Below, one piece after another: positions 58,403 to 64,000 of a stretch of 64,000 nt of DNA. This stretch comes from a virus. Below the pieces are notes generated by a model. It was not told the origin of the DNA, did no database searches, and saw only the letters and a list, made by a program, of their open reading frames with translations. Every line of letters starts with the position of its first letter. Positions within the stretch are counted from its first letter, which is position 1. Made by a program: the position numbers and the translations under genes. Location of the stretch: positions 32,001 through 96,000 of the IMG/VR virus record IMGVR_UViG_3300017716_002595; one strand, written 5' to 3'.

Positions 58403-59032
58403 ATGGCAAACGGAATATATAAAATAACAGAAGACTTTGAAAAAGCATTAGCTGATTACACAGGTGCTCCTTATGTAGTAACTGTAGATAATCAAAGCAA
58501 TGCTCTGTTTTTAGCATTAATGTATGAAAATGTAAAGGGACAAGAAATAACTATCCCATCAAGAACCTACCCATCAGTACCATGTGAAATAATCCATGCT
58601 GGAGGAAAAGTAAAATTTAAACCTGTAAAAGGGAAAACAATAAAAGGAGCTTATCAACTAGAGCCAACGAACGTTTGGGACTCAGCATTAAGCTTTACAG
58701 CAGGTATGTATAAACCAGGAACACACGCATGTATTTCTTTTACAGGTCCTTACAAACATTTTAAACTAAGTAAAGGTGGAGCTATATTAACTGATAATTA
58801 TGAGGCTTATCTTTGGTTTAAACGAGCTAGATATAGTGGAAGAAGAGAATGCTCTTATCATGATGATCATTTTGACATGATTGGGTGGAATTTTTATATG
58901 ATGCCTGAATTAGCAGCTAGAGGAATGCTTTTAATGAATCAATTTTACAACACTGATGGTACTCCTAAACATAATGAAGATTTAGAACTACCATACCCAG
59001 ATTTATCTAAATTTGAAATTTATAAACAATAA
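58403..59032 (+). CDS. short DegT/DnrJ-family PLP sugar aminotransferase
   Basis: FEKALADY.G, ALFLAL, DSA, SF...KH...GGAILT, GWNFYM. Confidence 0.75.
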   Translation: MANGIYKITEDFEKALADYTGAPYVVTVDNQSNALFLALMYENVKGQEITIPSRTYPSVPCEIIHAGGKVKFKPVKGKTIKGAYQLEPTNVWDSALSFTAGMYKPGTHACISFTGPYKHFKLSKGGAILTDNYEAYLWFKRARYSGRRECSYHDDHFDMIGWNFYMMPELAARGMLLMNQFYNTDGTPKHNEDLELPYPDLSKFEIYKQ

Positions 59033-59652
59033 TGAAAAAGATTAAAAAACTATTTACGTGGCCAACTGAAAAACCAAATGTTTCCGAAAGTAACTATAAT
59101 TGGTTTGGTGAGGGTAATGCATCAATATTACATCGGGTAATAAGTGAAAGAAATCCTAAATATATTTTAGAGATGGGAAGCTGGAATGGTTCTGGGTCGA
59201 CAAAATTTATTTTACAACATGCGCCTGATGCTTATCTTGTGTGTATTGATCATTGGAGTGATGATGAAAATGATTATGTTCAAAAAGAATGTGGTATTGA
59301 AGAAATAAAAAAGTTATGGTATCAAATTGAGATTTTATTTGATACATTTTTAGTAAATACTTGGGAATATCAAGATCGTTTAACACCTTTTAAAGTTAAA
59401 ACTGAAATTGGTTTACCACAATTAGGTAAATTGAATATACCATTTGATTTAATTTATATCGATGCACACCATGATTATGAAAGTGTATTACATGATTTAG
59501 AGGTTTCTTATAAATTATGGCCTAATGCTACTATAGTAGGAGATGATTATATGTGGGCTGGTGTAAAACGAGCTGCTCATGAGTTTGCAGAAAAAAACAA
59601 TTTAGAAATAGTAGTAGAAGATAATTGCTTTTATTATAAAAATAAACTATGA
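59032..59652 (+). CDS. class I SAM methyltransferase
   Basis: ILEMGSWNG, IDHW, DLIYIDAHH.YE.V..D, GDDY. Confidence 0.85.
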   Translation: MKKIKKLFTWPTEKPNVSESNYNWFGEGNASILHRVISERNPKYILEMGSWNGSGSTKFILQHAPDAYLVCIDHWSDDENDYVQKECGIEEIKKLWYQIEILFDTFLVNTWEYQDRLTPFKVKTEIGLPQLGKLNIPFDLIYIDAHHDYESVLHDLEVSYKLWPNATIVGDDYMWAGVKRAAHEFAEKNNLEIVVEDNCFYYKNKL

Positions 59653-60221
59653 AAAGAGCATTAATAGGTTATGGAGGTCATGCTCGTGAAGTAATGGCTC
59701 AAATAGGAGAAACTTTACCTTGTTTTGTAGATGATGTCTATGTAACTCAAAATTTATTATCTCTTTCATCATTTGATCCAACAAAGTATGAAGTTATGAT
59801 AGCTATTGGATCTTCTAAAGCTAGGTATGACGTTATTCAAAGACTTCCTAAAAATACTAAATATTTTACATTTATTCACCCTACAGCTTTATTAATGAAT
59901 GATATAGAAATAGGTGAAGGAAGTTTTATAGGAGCTTATTCAATATTAACTACAAATATAAAAATAGGAAAACATGCCTTATTAAATAGGGGAAATCAAA
60001 TAGGGCATGATTGTACAATAGGGGATTATTTTAGTGCAATGCCTGGAGCTATAGTATCAGGAAATGTAGTTATAAATGATTGTGTTTATATGGGAAGTAA
60101 TTCTACTATTAAAGAAAAATGTACAATACATAGTTTTGCAACAATAGGGATGAATGCATGTGTTGTAAAATCTATAAATAATTCACAAACTTATATTGGA
60201 ACTCCTGCTAAAAAATTATGA
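59649..60221 (+). CDS. PglD/NeuD-like sugar acetyltransferase
   Basis: GYGGHAREV, IHPTA, hexapeptide repeats, IGHD, G.PAK. Confidence 0.9.
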   Translation: MKRALIGYGGHAREVMAQIGETLPCFVDDVYVTQNLLSLSSFDPTKYEVMIAIGSSKARYDVIQRLPKNTKYFTFIHPTALLMNDIEIGEGSFIGAYSILTTNIKIGKHALLNRGNQIGHDCTIGDYFSAMPGAIVSGNVVINDCVYMGSNSTIKEKCTIHSFATIGMNACVVKSINNSQTYIGTPAKKL

Positions 60222-60892
60222 TACACGTCATATATAGACATACAAGTAATGTAAGTGGATTTGGAAAAAATCGACCTACATGGTTTTCTTATGAAAAAAG
60301 TTTAAATAATATTTTATCAACAATTGAGGGGGTAGATTTTGTAAAATTTCATCTGCTTTATGATGGTGTATTTACAGGAAAAGATGATAGAATTCACTGC
60401 CATACAAACTTTAGTGGGGGTTCAGATTGGAATTCGTATGTTTATGCCTGGAATTATATTAAAAAGTTAGAGTTACAAGATGATGATCTGATTTATTTGG
60501 CAGAAAATGATTATGCTTTTGTAGATGGATGGCCTTATAAAATAAAAGAATTATTTGAAACATATGATGAGTTAGATTATGTTACCCTTTATGATCATCC
60601 TGATAAATACAATACTAATATATACCCTGACTTACCAGCGTACTTATTTGTAACTAAAACTCATCATTGGAGATTAACACCAAGTACAACAGGTAGTGTT
60701 ATATTTGGAAAAAGAATATTAAATGAAGATTTTGATGTTCATACATCTAATCCAAGTGATTTTTGGAGATTTAAAGAATTACATGATAATAGGTCTAGAA
60801 CCGTTTTATCACCTATACCTAGCTTAGCTACTCATTGTGAAATAGAGCATTTAGCTCCTATAATAAATTGGGAAAAATTAAATAAAAAATGA
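60218..60892 (+). CDS. putative glycosyltransferase
   Basis: IYLAENDY, VTLYDHPDKY, STT, SPIPSLATH. Confidence 0.7.
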   Translation: MIHVIYRHTSNVSGFGKNRPTWFSYEKSLNNILSTIEGVDFVKFHLLYDGVFTGKDDRIHCHTNFSGGSDWNSYVYAWNYIKKLELQDDDLIYLAENDYAFVDGWPYKIKELFETYDELDYVTLYDHPDKYNTNIYPDLPAYLFVTKTHHWRLTPSTTGSVIFGKRILNEDFDVHTSNPSDFWRFKELHDNRSRTVLSPIPSLATHCEIEHLAPIINWEKLNKK

Positions 60893-61620
60893 AAACATTA
60901 GTAGTAATATTACAATACAATACCCATGAACTTACAGATAGTTTATACCAAACATTAAAACCATATGAAGAAGATGTATATGATCTTGTTGTAATTGATA
61001 ATGGATCCGATAAGGAAAAAATTAGTCAATATGCAACATATGCTCTTGAAGAAAATGGTTATTATGGTGGAGGATTAAATGCCGCTTTAGGGCTTATTAT
61101 GGAATCACCTCAATATGATTCTATTATGGTACTTAATAATGATATATTATGCCATGGTAAAGATTATGTAAAAACATTAAGACAAGAAATGTTTGATAAT
61201 GATCTTATGATTATATCACCTTGTGTTTTAGAACCACATACTGGAGAACAAACATTATGGAAACCAATGAGACCATGGCATACTGGTTTAACTAGACTAG
61301 CTCCTTTTGTCGATTATCAAGCTCCATTATTAAAACGAGAATTTGTGGAAAAAATTTACCCTTTTAACGATAAATTAAAATATGGTTGGGGACAAGACCA
61401 TCTATCAGGAATAATATGTGAACAAAATAACTGGAAAATAGGTGTATGTGATAAAGTACCAATAATACATCTAATTAGCCAAACTATAGAACAAAATCCT
61501 GAAACTTTATCTAGTGTAAATAATTTAGCTGAAAAGAATATGTTTGAATATTTTCAACAAGAAAATTTATTCAATGAATTTATTAGTATAAGAACTAAAT
61601 CAATGACATATGAAGTATAA
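60889..61620 (+). CDS. GT2-family glycosyltransferase
   Basis: VIDNGS, N.YYGGGLN, LNND, YGWG.D. Confidence 0.85.
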   Translation: MKTLVVILQYNTHELTDSLYQTLKPYEEDVYDLVVIDNGSDKEKISQYATYALEENGYYGGGLNAALGLIMESPQYDSIMVLNNDILCHGKDYVKTLRQEMFDNDLMIISPCVLEPHTGEQTLWKPMRPWHTGLTRLAPFVDYQAPLLKREFVEKIYPFNDKLKYGWGQDHLSGIICEQNNWKIGVCDKVPIIHLISQTIEQNPETLSSVNNLAEKNMFEYFQQENLFNEFISIRTKSMTYEV

Positions 61621-62485
61621 TACATTAGCAACGTTACATATAATGTGGTATGAAAGTCAAATGATTAATGAAACTCTTGACTCTATACAACAAGCAATAT
61701 CAAATGCTCAACATCCCGTACAACTGATTTTATGTTTAAATTCACAAACATATATTGAAAAACCAGATGAAGGGTTTACTCCAGAACAAATGTTTGATGT
61801 GTTTTTAAATCATCCTGTATTAAAAGATGCAATTATATTTAAAAAAACAGATAATGATCCTTTTTACAACATTGGAGATTGGACCAGAGAAATTTACGGA
61901 CCCGAATATGAAGCAAAGTACACTGTTTGGTTAGAAAGTGATTGTTTAGTACCTGAAGATTATTTCTTCTTATTAGAAAATATTAATATAGATCACCCAC
62001 ACCTTATATCTTTATCAAATAGAAAAATGTGGGATTCTACTTGGGATGAAATAGAACACCCTTACATACAGCAAATTCCAAGAACTGGGCCTCCTGAAGA
62101 ACCTCAAAGAAATACTCCTGAACCTTTTGGTGTAGGACATTATATAAATCAAGAAGATTTAAATAAATTTAATAAACAATATGAACCTGTTTTAATTAAA
62201 TTATCTCAACCTAAAGTAGATGGGGCTATGGCTGCTGTATCTAATAACTTTCCTTATCCGTTTATAGCTGAAGGTGTTCATTTAGGAGGTCATGATTATT
62301 ATATGGAATTGTTTATGAAAAAGAATAATATCCCTCAATATCATATGCCTACTAGATTAAAAGGACATAATTGTTCACATCCTAAAAAACGATTAGGAAC
62401 AAGCACACCAAGAGGAGGAGAAGTATATAAAAAATACGAAAAACAATGCAAAGAACTTATTCATAAATTAATATTTAATACTTAA
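61610..62485 (+). CDS. putative glycosyltransferase
   Basis: HIMWYE, WLESD DxD-like motif; glycosylation-cluster context. Confidence 0.55.
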   Translation: MKYNTLATLHIMWYESQMINETLDSIQQAISNAQHPVQLILCLNSQTYIEKPDEGFTPEQMFDVFLNHPVLKDAIIFKKTDNDPFYNIGDWTREIYGPEYEAKYTVWLESDCLVPEDYFFLLENINIDHPHLISLSNRKMWDSTWDEIEHPYIQQIPRTGPPEEPQRNTPEPFGVGHYINQEDLNKFNKQYEPVLIKLSQPKVDGAMAAVSNNFPYPFIAEGVHLGGHDYYMELFMKKNNIPQYHMPTRLKGHNCSHPKKRLGTSTPRGGEVYKKYEKQCKELIHKLIFNT

Positions 62486-62486
62486 A

Positions 62487-63413
62487 ATGGACAAAAATTC
62501 AAAAATATTAATAACAGGATCCACAGGAATGGTAGGATCGGCTGTTGTTAGAATGTTAAGAGAATTAGGGTATAATAATTTATTAACACCTCCTAGAAAA
62601 GAAGTAGATTTAGTAAATCCCCAAGATGTACAAGCATACTTCGCATATCATAAACCAGAATATGTTTTCTTAATAGCTGCTAAAGTAGGAGGAATACATG
62701 CTAATATGACTTACAGAGCTGATTTTATTTTTGATAATTTAATGATGCAGAGTAATACTATAAATGCTTGTAAAGAAAATAATGTTAAAAAAGTATTATT
62801 TGTTAGTAGTGGTTGTGTTTATCCAAAATATGCCGAAAATCCTATTAGTGAAGAGGCAATGTTAACAGGATTATTAGAACCTTCTAATGAACATTATTCA
62901 ATAGCTAAAATAGCAGGTATAAAAATGTGTGAAGCTTACAATATGCAATATGGTTTAGATTATGCTGTTGTAATACCAAATAACATTTATGGTCCTGGAG
63001 ATAATTATCATCCTGAAAATTCTCATGTTATGGCTTCTTTAATTAGAAAATTTCATGAAGCTAAGCAAAACGGAACTGATGTTGAGATATGGGGAAGTGG
63101 AAAACAAATGAGAGAGTTTGTTTATGTAGAAGATGTTGCAAAAGCATGTGTCTCTTTAATAGATAGTTCGTACATTGGGGCTTACAATTGCAGTAGTGAA
63201 TATGAAATTACTATAAAAGATTTAGCTGAATTAGTAGCTGAAATTTTAGAATTTAAAGGTAATATTGTGTATAATACTGATAAACCTGAAGGACATCCAA
63301 GAAAAGGATTTTCATGTGCTAAACTAAAACAAACAGGATGGGATGCCTCAACATCATTAAGAGAAGGTATTCAATTAGCATATGAATGGTATAAACAAAA
63401 TTTAAATAAATAA
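62487..63413 (+). CDS. fcl: GDP-L-fucose synthase
   Basis: G.TGMVGSA, AAKVGGI.AN, SGCVYP, YSIAKIAG, NIYGPGDNY, SHV, WGSG...REF. Confidence 0.93.
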   Translation: MDKNSKILITGSTGMVGSAVVRMLRELGYNNLLTPPRKEVDLVNPQDVQAYFAYHKPEYVFLIAAKVGGIHANMTYRADFIFDNLMMQSNTINACKENNVKKVLFVSSGCVYPKYAENPISEEAMLTGLLEPSNEHYSIAKIAGIKMCEAYNMQYGLDYAVVIPNNIYGPGDNYHPENSHVMASLIRKFHEAKQNGTDVEIWGSGKQMREFVYVEDVAKACVSLIDSSYIGAYNCSSEYEITIKDLAELVAEILEFKGNIVYNTDKPEGHPRKGFSCAKLKQTGWDASTSLREGIQLAYEWYKQNLNK

Positions 63414-63414
63414 T

Positions 63415-64000
63415 ATGATAACTTACGCATTATCAACATTTAACACATTAAACTATTTAAAATTAGCAGTACATTCGGCAAGAGAAAATGGATACTATAA
63501 AGATGCTCCGTTTGTAATACATGCTGAAAATTGTACTGATGGTACTGATGAATGGTTAGAAGAAAACAAAGAACGATATAATTTAGAAATTTATATTGAA
63601 AAAAATGAAATACCTCGAGGAATAGGTGGTGGAATGAATTTCTGCGCTAGTAAAGTTAAAACAAAATATATTGGATTCTTATCTTCAGATTTCTACATGG
63701 CCCAAAATTGGGATAAAGAATTAGTAGATGTATGTGAAAATAACCCACAAGATAAAATATGGTCGTTTAGCTACAGAGTAGAACCAGACATATTTAATGA
63801 TCCTAACAGTAGACCAGGAGTAATAAAAGTTCCAGTTGATGCATTTGGTGAATTTTATCATAACTTTAATGGTGATTTCTTTACAGAATGGAGTAATGAA
63901 TTCGCTGCTTCAAATGATATAATATTTGATGTTCCTCAAGGAGTAAGTGGTGTTATTAAAAAAGAAGATTGGGACTATATTGGTGGAAACGACGACAGAT
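63415..64000 (+). CDS. GT2-family glycosyltransferase (partial, runs off the window)
   Basis: MITYALSTFNTLNYLKLAV.S...ENCTDGTDEWL...GIGGGMN. Confidence 0.8.
   Translation, partial: MITYALSTFNTLNYLKLAVHSARENGYYKDAPFVIHAENCTDGTDEWLEENKERYNLEIYIEKNEIPRGIGGGMNFCASKVKTKYIGFLSSDFYMAQNWDKELVDVCENNPQDKIWSFSYRVEPDIFNDPNSRPGVIKVPVDAFGEFYHNFNGDFFTEWSNEFAASNDIIFDVPQGVSGVIKKEDWDYIGGNDDR

Overview
AT-rich, gene-dense segment of a large lytic myovirus with T4-like gene content; every credible gene is on the + strand. The host is very probably Bacteroidota (Flavobacterium-like). Evidence: ten TTG-N20-TA(C/T)ATTTA promoters, no Shine-Dalgarno sites, signal peptides cleaving before Gln, and a T9SS C-terminal sorting domain. 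Gene order: contractile tail/baseplate (0.4-13.3 kb); replication/recombination and RNR (13.3-22.2 kb); a split 7-deazaguanine DNA-modification pathway (queD, dpdA-like, queC; queE, folE, PRTase, MazG-like); a small accessory island with an aberrant tRNA-like element; a 6-kb operon of secreted proteins next to the lysis cassette; glycosylation cluster 1; PolB, clamp, Hsp20/GroES/GroEL, clamp loader; glycosylation cluster 2. The best candidate for an undescribed system is the secreted operon (27075-33229): cohesin, dockerin and T9SS-CTD proteins plus CsgG-fold proteins and a beta-barrel, possibly a phage-built cell-surface scaffold. Other notable signals: two genes each bracketed by its own perfect 14-bp inverted repeat, a +1/-2 frameshift in the tail chaperone, and a pseudoknot-like leader before queC. 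All protein calls rest on motifs recognised by eye; no database searches were run.
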